From: Gemmatimonadaceae bacterium
GTDB lineage: Bacteria > Gemmatimonadota > Gemmatimonadetes > Gemmatimonadales > Gemmatimonadaceae
DNA length: 25,925 nt
NCBI GenBank assembly: GCA_014378185.1
Contig: JACMOE010000134.1
Coordinates: 1-25,925 of the forward strand
Direction: 5' to 3'
The translations under genes were made by a program, and so were the position numbers. Positions 18,301-25,884 of this stretch are shown here, piece by piece. Under the pieces are notes generated by a model, which was not told the origin of the DNA, searched no databases, and saw only the letters and a list, made by a program, of their open reading frames with translations. Every line of letters begins with the position of its first letter. Position 1 is the first letter of the stretch.

Positions 18301-18762
18301 AACGACGCCGTGAAGACCGTGCGCTGGGTGAAGTCGCAGCTCGACGATCGCGAGAAGCGGCTCACCGGACAGGCGAAAACCGACTTCCAGTCGCAGGTGG
18401 CACCACTGCGCGCCGAACTGTCCGTCGTGGAGGATTCCGTGTACCAGACGAAGAATCGCAGCGGGCAGGATCCGCTCAACTATCCCATCCGGCTGAACAA
18501 CAGGATTGCGGCACTGGCCGGCGTGGCTGGCGGCGCGGAGGCGGCGCCCACGCGGCAGACCACGGTGGTGTATGGCAGTCTGGCCAAGCAGCTCGACGTG
18601 GAGCTCGCCGCAATGAAAAGGACTCTCGACACACGACTTCCGGCGGTGAACGCCACGCTTCGCAAGGCCGGATTGCCCGAGATCGTGCCGCGCCCCGCGG
18701 ACGTGCCAGCACCACCGGGTACCATCAGCGACGAAGATGACGTCGTCCAGCATGCCCAGTAG
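15310..18762 (+). CDS. Secreted BNR/Asp-box (VPS10/sortilin-like) beta-propeller 'glycosyl hydrolase-like' protein, ~1150 aa
   Basis: GTG 15310 gives a signal peptide (IRPFARAAIVGALVAPLSALAAQ). About 11 Asp-box motifs (TLDGGQSW, STDAGKTW, SRDGGKNW, STDGGDNW, SDDAGATW and others), the family start motif 'WRELGPYRGGRS' and a helical C-terminus. Confidence 0.88.
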   Translation: MIRPFARAAIVGALVAPLSALAAQRIIPAPANDIRPSIPLQPGTPAASPQLDTAAVNSLKWRELGPYRGGRSVTVAGSAARPSEYYMGTAGGGVFKTLDGGQSWAATTDKYFGGTIGAVTISASSPDVVYVGGGEYALRGNVSHGEGVWKSTDAGKTWVSLGLKATRQISRVLVHPTNPDIVYVAAQGNVWAPTADRGVYRSRDGGKNWSKVLFRNDSTGASDLAFDPSNPDVLYAAFWQAGRTPWMLNSGGEGSGVFKSTDGGDNWTNISHNPGMPGGIFGNIGLTVSAANPRRVFAIIEADSGGVYRSDDAGATWTRTNADRSLRQRAWYYSKIHADPKDTNVVYVNNVNFNKSTDGGKTFRPVRGIPHGDSHDFWIAPNDNKRMIESDDGGASVSTDGGRTWTDEDFATAQFYHVTTTNHFPYQVCGAQQDNSTLCGPSRKAGGIDTRDWVEAGGGESGYIASRSDNPDVVYAGSYGALLTRKDLRTGLTRNINPWPDNPMGHSAIDLKYRFQWTYPIVLSPFSPNVLYATSNYVHRTTNDGQSWDVISPDLTRNDPKTLGASGGPLTKDQTSVEYYGVIFAFAESPKQKGVLWAGSDDGLVHVSRDNGKSWQDVTPKDMAIYTRVSLIEPSHFSAGTAYMAANRFQLNDDRPLLWKTTNFGASWTRIDAGIDPTEFTRAIREDDEQRGHLYVGTERGVWFSHDEGASWQRLQLNLPPVPVHDLAIKDGDLIVATHGRSFWVIDDISALRQMTPALTAEDAHLFKPRDAYRVSFGGGRFGGGGGGAAPGAVAGPAVHPVAASPVGGPVVSYWLKRANREVVLEFMDAKGQLIKRFASRQDSATAADSVTRATRMRTRVDSLVRTGLAADSAERVVRGMAAAAAGELAASLGEDDGPIRTPPAPRVPNKAGVNAFNWNMRYPDASTFDGLIMWAGGTQGPTAPPGTYQVRMLVDGKPVATQSFVLKKDPRTNATPADLAEQFRFLINVRDRTTAANDAVKTVRWVKSQLDDREKRLTGQAKTDFQSQVAPLRAELSVVEDSVYQTKNRSGQDPLNYPIRLNNRIAALAGVAGGAEAAPTRQTTVVYGSLAKQLDVELAAMKRTLDTRLPAVNATLRKAGLPEIVPRPADVPAPPGTISDEDDVVQHAQ

Positions 18763-18789
18763 CATCCAGCACAGGGGACGCCGAGCCTG

Positions 18790-20016
18790 ATGGGCGCGCT
18801 GCTCTACCAGTGGAGCGCGGCGGCCCAGCTGGTCTCGGTGTTCATGATCGCCCTGTTCTACACCACCCTCGCGCGCTCGGTACGGCGCTCGGAGGTGGTG
18901 TGGTGGCGGGCGAGCTGGTGGTGGAACTTCGCGGCACTCGCGGTCACGGTGGCCTTCTGGCTCTTTACATTGCCGCCCGTCGGCAACTCGCTCATCCGGG
19001 GCGTGTACGTCGGCAGCAAGACGGCATGCGTTCTACTGCTGGTGCAGGGCGCGCTCGCCATGCGCCACCCGGGTGCACGCTGGTTGTCCACCCGCGTCCT
19101 TGCCGGCGTGAGTGTCGCCGCTGCGCTGAGCGGTGTGCTGCTGCTTGTCAGCGTGGACCGCGTGGGAGTTGCGGTGCAGGGGCTGATGGGCGTCCTGTTC
19201 CTGCTCTGCGGCGTGAACCTCCTGCGCGGACGCGTCGCACTCACGAAGTGGCTGGGCGTCGGATTCCTGCTGCGCGGCGCCATTGCAATCGTCGAAGCCG
19301 CCGGCTATCTCACCGACAGTCTTCCTGCCAACGCGCTCACCGACGACCATGCCCGCCTGGTCTCCCTGTTCCTCGGCTTGCACTCGGCCATCGATGTAGC
19401 GGGCGAATGGCTGCTCGCACTGGGTGGCGTGCTCGCCATCACGCGCCGCACGCAGAACGAGATGGAGAGCGCCAACGCGGATCTGCGCACGGTGCAGGAT
19501 CAGTTGCGCAACCTGGCGGACCGCGATCCCCTCACCTCCCTCGCGAACCGGCGCGCGCTGGCCGCGGCGTTCCGATCCGTGTATGACGACGGCGCTGCCC
19601 TCGTGTTTCTCGACCTCGATGGCTTCAAGAACATCAACGACAGCCTGGGACACGCGGTGGGCGACGCATGCCTCCGTCGCTTCGCCGACGCGCTGCGCAA
19701 CTCCTTCCGTCCGGAGGATGTGATCGTGCGCTATGCCGGCGACGAGTTCGTGATCGTGTGCGCGGGCGCCGACGTCGGCACGGCCGAGGCGCGCGTGGAG
19801 TCGATGCGCGATCGGCTGCTCCAGGATCCGGTGCTGCCCACCATCCAGTTTTCGGCAGGAGTGGTGGCGCTGGCGTCGCACGAACATGCGGACGCCGCGC
19901 TCGAGGCAGCCGACAGCGCGATGTACGAGAACAAGAAGGCGCGCGCCATGGATCGTGCGTCGCGCCCAAGCATCGCCCGCGCCCGGCTGAGCGGCACCTT
20001 CACCGCCATGCCCTGA
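18790..20016 (+). CDS. Membrane-bound diguanylate cyclase (multi-TM sensor plus GGDEF domain)
   Basis: About 7 hydrophobic N-terminal segments and a coiled-coil, then 'DPLTSLANRR', 'DLDGFKNINDSLGHAVGD', the RPED I-site, the AGDEF active site and 'ADSAMYENK'. Confidence 0.92.
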   Translation: MGALLYQWSAAAQLVSVFMIALFYTTLARSVRRSEVVWWRASWWWNFAALAVTVAFWLFTLPPVGNSLIRGVYVGSKTACVLLLVQGALAMRHPGARWLSTRVLAGVSVAAALSGVLLLVSVDRVGVAVQGLMGVLFLLCGVNLLRGRVALTKWLGVGFLLRGAIAIVEAAGYLTDSLPANALTDDHARLVSLFLGLHSAIDVAGEWLLALGGVLAITRRTQNEMESANADLRTVQDQLRNLADRDPLTSLANRRALAAAFRSVYDDGAALVFLDLDGFKNINDSLGHAVGDACLRRFADALRNSFRPEDVIVRYAGDEFVIVCAGADVGTAEARVESMRDRLLQDPVLPTIQFSAGVVALASHEHADAALEAADSAMYENKKARAMDRASRPSIARARLSGTFTAMP

Positions 20017-20025
20017 CGGTTTTCG

Positions 20026-20925
20026 CTACGGGCCGGCTGCGCCGAGGGCCATGCCCATGGTGTGGAACCCCTTGTCGACGTACACCGTGGTGCCCGTGAT
20101 GCCACTTGCCAGCGGCGAGCAGAGAAACGCCGTCACGCTTCCCACTTCAGGTGCGGTGAGCTCCTGGGACAGCGGTGCGTTCGCCGTCACGTACGCCACC
20201 ATCCGCTCGATGATCCCGATGGCCGATGCGGCGCGCGAGGCGAATGGTCCGGCCGACACCGTGTTGACGCGCGCCCCCCACTTTCGGCCGGCCTCGAATG
20301 CCAGCAGGCGCGTGTCGCTCTCGAGCGCCGCCTTGGCGCTCGACATCCCGCCGCCGTAACCCGGGATCACGCGCTCGCTCGCCATGTAGGTGAGCGACGC
20401 GAAGGCACCGTTCGGCCGCATGAGCGGTCCGAGCCGCGATACCATGCTCACGAGTGAGTATGCGCTGGCGCTCATCGCGGCCAGGTAGCCGTTGCGGCTT
20501 GTTTCCAGGAGCGGCTTCTTCACCTCCGGACCGTTGGCCAACGCGTGCACCACGATGTCCAGCGGCTGAGCGCCGAAGTCGGCAACGAGGCGCGTGGCCA
20601 GCCCGCCAATGGAGCAGTCGCCCACATCCTTGTACCGCTTGCTGGCGCGCAGCTCCTCGGGCATGTCGTCCATGGTGTCGAACACGGCGTCGAGCGGATA
20701 GATCTTCTCGAACACGAGCCTCGACCCATCGCTCAACGTGAGCGACTCGTCCATCCGGCCGCGCTCCAGGAGGGTCATGAAGATGTTGAGCGCCGGCGGC
20801 CACGTTCCCACGCACACGGTTGCGCCCGCCTCGGCAAGGGCCTTGGCGATCGCGAATCCGAATCCGCCGTCGTCGGCGACGCCGGCTACCAGGGCTCGGC
20901 GTCCTGTCAGGTCGATGTTGAGCAT
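20026..20925 (-). CDS. fabI: Enoyl-ACP reductase (NADH), plastid/Chlamydia-type
   Basis: '[27 protein letters not shown]', '[25 protein letters not shown]', '[17 protein letters not shown]' and 'VYVDKG' are hallmark sequences of plant, chlamydial and apicomplexan ENR. Start placed at ATG 20925. Confidence 0.92.
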   Translation of the reverse strand: MLNIDLTGRRALVAGVADDGGFGFAIAKALAEAGATVCVGTWPPALNIFMTLLERGRMDESLTLSDGSRLVFEKIYPLDAVFDTMDDMPEELRASKRYKDVGDCSIGGLATRLVADFGAQPLDIVVHALANGPEVKKPLLETSRNGYLAAMSASAYSLVSMVSRLGPLMRPNGAFASLTYMASERVIPGYGGGMSSAKAALESDTRLLAFEAGRKWGARVNTVSAGPFASRAASAIGIIERMVAYVTANAPLSQELTAPEVGSVTAFLCSPLASGITGTTVYVDKGFHTMGMALGAAGP

Positions 20926-21040
20926 TCGCTGATTATGGCACATTGCTGGACGTGATCAAAGGCCCATGCCTCCTCGCGAACAGCAAGTGCTGGTCGCGGC
21001 CCCCATCCCGCCGGGCTGTGCGGGTACGTAACGTGTACCT

Positions 21041-22261
21041 GTGCCGCGCCACGTGACATCGCCAGACAGCACCAGCTCGCTTCCGACCGCCGTCGCCGAC
21101 CCACCTCCGGTGCTGGTCGACCGCCGCCGCGCGGCCGCCACGGGCCCCGCCTTCGCGCGCGGACTCTGGCGTATTGCCGCCGCGGACGTCTCCAGCGGCA
21201 ACCGGGTGGGCCTGCTCCGCGACGGGCCGGCCACATTCGACGCCATGTGCGCGGCCATCGACGCGGCGGAGACCACCGTGGTGCTGGAAGCCTACATCTT
21301 CCGCTCGGACGAGGCGGGTCACCGCATCGGGGATGCGCTCATCGCCGCCGCGTCACGCGGGGTACAGGTGCGCGTGCTGAGCGACTGGATCGGCATGCGC
21401 GGCATGCAGTCCAGCTTCATCGCGTCGTTGAAGGAGGCGGGCATCCAGCACCGCGCCTTCAATCCGCCGGGTCTGCGGGCCTGGTTCGGCCTCATTCCAC
21501 GCGATCACCGCAAGCTGCTCGTCTGCGATTCCACCGTCGGCATCACGGGTGGCGTGGGCATCGGCAACGAGTGGCTCACGGGAAAGAGGAAGCGTCGGCG
21601 CAGCCAGTGGCGTGACACGGCCGTGCGCATCCAGGGGCCGGCGGCGGGCGACATGCAGCAGGCGGTCGACACGATGTGGGAGCGCGCGCTCAAGCGCGAG
21701 CGCCGCGGCATGCACCGGCTCACGCGGCGTGCGGCGCGTGGCGCGCACCTGGATCCCTCCACGGCAGCCCCGGCGCTCGTGGGCATCATCGAGGGTGAGC
21801 CGCTGCGCATGCGCGTTGCACGCGCATTGCAGATGCAGGCCATCTCGGCCGAGCGGTCCATCTGGATCGCAAACGCGTACTTCGTGCCGAGTCCATCGGA
21901 AGTGGAATCGCTTCTGGGTGCCGCGCGTGATGGCGTGGACGTGCGCATCCTGGTACCGGCCCGCAACGATCACCCCTGGGTGTCGTTCCTCACGCGGCGC
22001 TACTATCGGCGATTGCTCACCAACGGCGTGCGGATCTGGGAATGGAAGGGGACGATGATGCATGCAAAGACGAGCGTCGTGGATGGCCGCTGGGTCCGCG
22101 TGGGCTCCACGGACTTCAACCCACTCGGCGTGGGCATCAACTACGAGCTCGACGCCGTGATCGAGGATGCCACGCTCGGAGCGGAAGCAGAGGCAATGTT
22201 CCTCGCCGACCTCGAGGAGTCGCGCGAAATCACCATGCGCAGCCGGTTGATCCGGCAATGA
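21041..22261 (+). CDS. cls: Cardiolipin-synthase-like phospholipase D (ClsB/YbhO-type, no N-terminal TM helices)
   Basis: Two HKD motifs (HRKLLVCD; HAKTSVVD...GSTDFN), plus 'LLRDGPATF', 'WRDTAVRIQGP' and 'NAYFVP'. Start uncertain. Confidence 0.88.
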   Translation: MPRHVTSPDSTSSLPTAVADPPPVLVDRRRAAATGPAFARGLWRIAAADVSSGNRVGLLRDGPATFDAMCAAIDAAETTVVLEAYIFRSDEAGHRIGDALIAAASRGVQVRVLSDWIGMRGMQSSFIASLKEAGIQHRAFNPPGLRAWFGLIPRDHRKLLVCDSTVGITGGVGIGNEWLTGKRKRRRSQWRDTAVRIQGPAAGDMQQAVDTMWERALKRERRGMHRLTRRAARGAHLDPSTAAPALVGIIEGEPLRMRVARALQMQAISAERSIWIANAYFVPSPSEVESLLGAARDGVDVRILVPARNDHPWVSFLTRRYYRRLLTNGVRIWEWKGTMMHAKTSVVDGRWVRVGSTDFNPLGVGINYELDAVIEDATLGAEAEAMFLADLEESREITMRSRLIRQ

Positions 22262-23118
22262 ACCGTTATCGGATGTGCCGCGCACAGGTAGTACTGATGG
22301 CTGTGTTGCTCGGGCTGCCATGCTCCCCGGCCATGGCGCAATCGGATTCGACAAAATCCACCATACAGCTGTTCACGTATCGCGACGGGGCGCTCGCCAG
22401 CGGAGTCATCCTCGCGGCGCTGCTCGCCCGCCGCCTCGACGACCACTACGCGCAGCGGCTGCAGGATTCGTCCACGCAGGCCAACGAGAAGCTGCACAAG
22501 CTCGCCACCGTGGTGCGCACCACGGCGGCACCGGGCGCGTACATCATCAGCACGTCCATGTACGTCGTGGGCCGCGTGGTGAAGAACGACCACCTCGCGT
22601 CGCTCGGCCTGCATGGCTCGGAGGCACTGCTGCTGGGTGAATTCACCGGCGGCGTGCTGAAGGGGTTGATCGGACGACAGCGGCCCTACGTCACGCCACA
22701 GAATTCCCACAGTTTCGGATTTCTTCGCGGGTTTGGCGGCGGGGACAAGTTCCGCTCGTTTCCATCCGGGCATTCGCTGGCGGCATTCGCCGCGGCGGCG
22801 GCCGTGTCGAGCGAGACGGCGGGTTGGTGGCCCAACACGCGATGGATCTTCGGGCCCGTGCTCTTCACCGGGGCCACGCTCACCGGCGTGTCACGGATGT
22901 ACGACAACAAGCACTGGGCGAGCGACGTGATCGTCGGCGCGGGGCTCGGTACCTTTGCCGGCCTGAAGGTAGTGCGCTACAACAACGCGCACCCAGGTAG
23001 CCGGCTGGAGAAGCTGTTTCTCAGCGGATCCATCGTGCCGAACGCCAACGGTGGCCACGACCTGCACTGGTCACTGATGCCGGGCCTGTCGCTGGCGCAA
23101 CCGGCGCGCCGGCCGTGA
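22258..23118 (+). CDS. PAP2-family phosphatase with signal peptide (286 aa)
   Basis: ATG 22258 overlaps the cls stop (ATGA). All three PAP2 motifs are intact: KGLIGRQRP, PSGH, SRMYDNKHWASD. Confidence 0.9.
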   Translation: MNRYRMCRAQVVLMAVLLGLPCSPAMAQSDSTKSTIQLFTYRDGALASGVILAALLARRLDDHYAQRLQDSSTQANEKLHKLATVVRTTAAPGAYIISTSMYVVGRVVKNDHLASLGLHGSEALLLGEFTGGVLKGLIGRQRPYVTPQNSHSFGFLRGFGGGDKFRSFPSGHSLAAFAAAAAVSSETAGWWPNTRWIFGPVLFTGATLTGVSRMYDNKHWASDVIVGAGLGTFAGLKVVRYNNAHPGSRLEKLFLSGSIVPNANGGHDLHWSLMPGLSLAQPARRP

Positions 23119-23131
23119 GCATCGGCGGGTC

Positions 23132-23671
23132 GTGAGCCGCGGGCCGAAGAGCGGCATCTTCGTCATCGCACCCATCGGGGGCGAGGTGGGGGCACGCATC
23201 GCTGCCCTCCAGGGCGCCCACGACCCGCGCATCCTCAAGCTGGGCGAGCCGCACGTGACCATCGCCGGCTCGTCAGGCATGGGACCGATCAACCCGGCCA
23301 CCACCCTCGAGGAGCTCAAGCAGACGCTCGGTGTCATCGCCGCCGAGACGGCGCCGATTACGCTGCGATTCGGGCGACCCACGAAGTTCATGCAGACCGA
23401 GATCGTCGTGCTGCCGCTTGATCCGCACGGGCCACTCCGTACGCTGCACGAGCGCATTCAACTGAGCGGGCTGCGCAGCGCACCGCCGCGCTTCTTCTTC
23501 ACCCCGCACGTGACACTGAGCCTCTATCGCGAACTGCCGAAGGAGGCACTCAATGCCCTGCTGCGGGAGCGCTTTGACGAACCGGTAATGGTGGACCGCA
23601 TCGAGGCGCACCTCACGCAGGATACCGGCGAGTCGCGCCTGCTGGTGTCGCTCCCGTTGCTCGGAAGCTGA
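23132..23671 (+). CDS. 2H phosphoesterase (2'-5' RNA ligase/LigT-like family)
   Basis: Two HxT motifs (EPHVTIA and TPHVTLS) about 80 aa apart. 179 aa, starting 13 nt after the PAP2 gene. Confidence 0.85.
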   Translation: MSRGPKSGIFVIAPIGGEVGARIAALQGAHDPRILKLGEPHVTIAGSSGMGPINPATTLEELKQTLGVIAAETAPITLRFGRPTKFMQTEIVVLPLDPHGPLRTLHERIQLSGLRSAPPRFFFTPHVTLSLYRELPKEALNALLRERFDEPVMVDRIEAHLTQDTGESRLLVSLPLLGS

Positions 23672-23684
23672 GCAGCACGCAGAA

Positions 23685-24503
23685 TCAGGCGATGCTCTCC
23701 GGCTCCAGCGTCTTCTCCACCACGGCGCCGTTCACGACGCTCACGTAATAGACCTTGGCGTTCAACCGGGTATGGACGATGCGCTTCACCTGCGTGTCCT
23801 CGAAGTAGATGCCGGCGTCGTTGTCGCATGCATAGCCTGGCTTCATGCGTCCCGAGCCAATGAGCTGGTGGTACAGCGGCCTGCGGCCTGCTTCGGCGTC
23901 GTAGTGCGGGCTGTGGCTGCCCGGCAGGAAGCCGAGGCACTTGACGATGGAGAGCTCCCTGGGCCGCGAGTCGGTGGTGCCTTCCTCGAACCAGCAGAGC
24001 GAACCGGCGCTCGCCCCGCCCAGGACGATGCCCTGGTCCCATGCGCGACGGAGCACGGTGTCGATGCCCTGTGCCTTCCAGATGGCCTGCTGGTTGAGCG
24101 TGTTGCCACCGGAGGCCACGATGCCGTCCACGGAAAGCAGTACCTCGTCCCATCCGCGTGGTTGCGTGAGGCTTTCGATGAAGCTGGTCTGCACCTGGGG
24201 CTCGACGTCCAGCCGGCTGCAGTCCTTGTAGAAGCGAATGATTCCCGCCTGGTCGTCGGCGGACGCCGTGGGGAGGTAGAGAATCCTGGGACGCGCCTTG
24301 CCGGTGAGCGTCGCCATGTAGCGAATGAACGCTTCGTTGAATCCGCCACCGGCAATGAGGATCTTGCGCGTGGCAGCCGTTGGCATGGTGTCGTGAAGCA
24401 TCGTGGCGAGCGGGTGAAGGTGGCCGTCGGCGGGCGCGAGGTGGCCAGCGCCGAGTGCGACTGCGCCCAGGGCCGACGAGGTGAGGAAGTCCCTTCGCTT
24501 CAT
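23685..24503 (-). CDS. Peptidase S51 family (peptidase E/cyanophycinase-like, class I GATase-like fold) with Tat signal
   Basis: MKRRDFL twin-arginine signal, 'ILYLPTASAD', 'SGGNTLN', nucleophile elbow GASAGS and catalytic His in 'SPHYD'. Confidence 0.88.
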   Translation of the reverse strand: MKRRDFLTSSALGAVALGAGHLAPADGHLHPLATMLHDTMPTAATRKILIAGGGFNEAFIRYMATLTGKARPRILYLPTASADDQAGIIRFYKDCSRLDVEPQVQTSFIESLTQPRGWDEVLLSVDGIVASGGNTLNQQAIWKAQGIDTVLRRAWDQGIVLGGASAGSLCWFEEGTTDSRPRELSIVKCLGFLPGSHSPHYDAEAGRRPLYHQLIGSGRMKPGYACDNDAGIYFEDTQVKRIVHTRLNAKVYYVSVVNGAVVEKTLEPESIA

Positions 24504-24541
24504 TGAAAGTGCGGGTGTTGGTGGGAGTGCACAGCACGTCC

Positions 24542-24746
24542 AACGTACCTCGGCACCGCTTGTTTGTCATGGCATGCTTCACGAAGCCAGGCGCCAGCCT
24601 TCAGTCGTCCAGGGGTCAGCTCCGGCTAACAGCGTTCAGGGGTGTGCTTGCCGGGGTCCCGGGACCATTTACGCCACGCCGCTGACGGCTGTTCAAGCTG
24701 GGGCTGACCCCTGGACGACTGCAGGCTGATCGCCGAGGTGCGTTTT
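24542..24746 (+). ncRNA. Candidate ~205-nt highly structured RNA / nested inverted-repeat element of unknown family
   Basis: Closing stem 24542-24554/24732-24744 (13 bp). Long helix 24595-24627/24696-24728, containing a perfect 19 bp at 24602-24620/24703-24721. Inner helices run to an apical 12-bp palindrome at 24655-24666. Four G·U wobbles on the + strand, followed by TTTT. The inverted repeat is certain; the RNA status is inferred. Confidence 0.55.
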
Positions 24747-24945
24747 ACGGAGAGTCTTGAGTCGTCCGTTACCAGTCAGCGACAGTCACCAGTTGACCGC
24801 GGCTCGCCCCCTGTTCCCCCTTCGCTCGGAACGGCTAGCGATCTCGTTGGATTCACCGACTGGCCATTCGTGATGCGAAGCAGTAAAAGAGTATGCGCTG
24901 CCGCCTCCATCACGCCGTTCCACGACGACATCAACCGGTTCCGCC

Positions 24946-25884
24946 ATGAAAGCCAACTCCATTCTCGAGACCATCGGCAACACCCCGCACGTCCGCATCA
25001 ACCGCCTGTACCCCGATGCCGCCGCCCGGAACATCGAGGTCTGGTTCAAGCTGGAGCGCAGCAATCCTGGCGGTAGCATCAAGGATCGCATCGGGGTCGC
25101 GATGATCGAGGATGCCGAGAAGCGGGGCGTGATCAAGAAGGGATCGACGATCGTGGAGCCCACGTCGGGCAACACAGGCATCGGCCTCGCGATGGCCGCG
25201 GCGGGAAAGGGGTACCGCTGCATTCTCTGCATGCCCGATTCGTTCTCGGTCGAGCGGCGCCGACTGCTCGTGGCGTACGGCGCGGAGCTCGTGCTCACGC
25301 CGCGCGAGCTCGGCATCAAGGGCGCCATCGCGAAGGCCGAGGAGATCGTTGCCGCCACGCCCGGTGCGTGGATGCCGATGCAGTTCGAGAACCCGGCCAA
25401 CGTGGCGATCCACAAGCACACCACGGCGCAGGAGATCCTGCGCGACTTTCCGGAAGGGCTCGACTACCTCATCACCGGCGTGGGCACCGGCGGTCACATC
25501 AGCGGAGTGAGCGAGACGCTCAAGCTCACCATGCCCAGGCTGAAGACGTTCGCGGTGGAGCCTGCCAAGTCCACGGTACTGAGCGGAGGCACGCACACGC
25601 CGCACAAGCTCCAGGGCATTGGCGCGGGCATCATTCCAGGCAACTTCCACGCAGCCACGGTGGACGGCTACATCCAGGTCACCGAAGAGGATGCGTTCGC
25701 CTACGCGGTTCGCTCGGCGAAGGAGGAAGGCATCTTCGTGGGCCCGTCATCCGGCGCATCGCTCGCGGCGGTGGCGAACAAGCTGCCGGAGATTGCGGAG
25801 GGCAGTCGCGTGCTGGCGTTCTGCTACGATACCGGTGAGCGCTACCTGTCGGTTGAAGGGCTGTTTCCCACTGTCCCTGCGTGA
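24946..25884 (+). CDS. cysK: Cysteine synthase A (O-acetylserine sulfhydrylase)
   Basis: 'IGNTP', PLP-lysine motif '[11 protein letters not shown]', '[12 protein letters not shown]', 'QFENPAN', 'GVGTGG', 'HKLQGIGAG' and 'DTGERYLS'. Confidence 0.96.
   Translation: MKANSILETIGNTPHVRINRLYPDAAARNIEVWFKLERSNPGGSIKDRIGVAMIEDAEKRGVIKKGSTIVEPTSGNTGIGLAMAAAGKGYRCILCMPDSFSVERRRLLVAYGAELVLTPRELGIKGAIAKAEEIVAATPGAWMPMQFENPANVAIHKHTTAQEILRDFPEGLDYLITGVGTGGHISGVSETLKLTMPRLKTFAVEPAKSTVLSGGTHTPHKLQGIGAGIIPGNFHAATVDGYIQVTEEDAFAYAVRSAKEEGIFVGPSSGASLAAVANKLPEIAEGSRVLAFCYDTGERYLSVEGLFPTVPA

Noticed and set aside
21505-21570. First PLD motif has GGVG instead of GGxN
   Set aside because: 'TGGVGI' is a common variant in ClsB-like first HKD domains, so it is not evidence of inactivation.
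24614-24634. GGTCAGCTCCGGCTAACAGC resembling SRP (4.5S) RNA helix 8
   Set aside because: It lacks the GNRA tetraloop hairpin (UCC-GGAA-GGA) and the AGCAG symmetric loop, and it is fully engaged in a different long helix.
24624-24697. Inner hairpin with AAC...GTT ends resembling an integron attC site
   Set aside because: The R boxes deviate from RYYYAAC/GTTRRRY, the spacers are too short, there is no cassette array or integrase, and this would not explain the outer arms.
24747-24945. SAM riboswitch or T-box expected upstream of cysK
   Set aside because: I found no S-box core (AUCNAGAG...GGCAACC) or T-box (GGTGGNACC) motif by eye.
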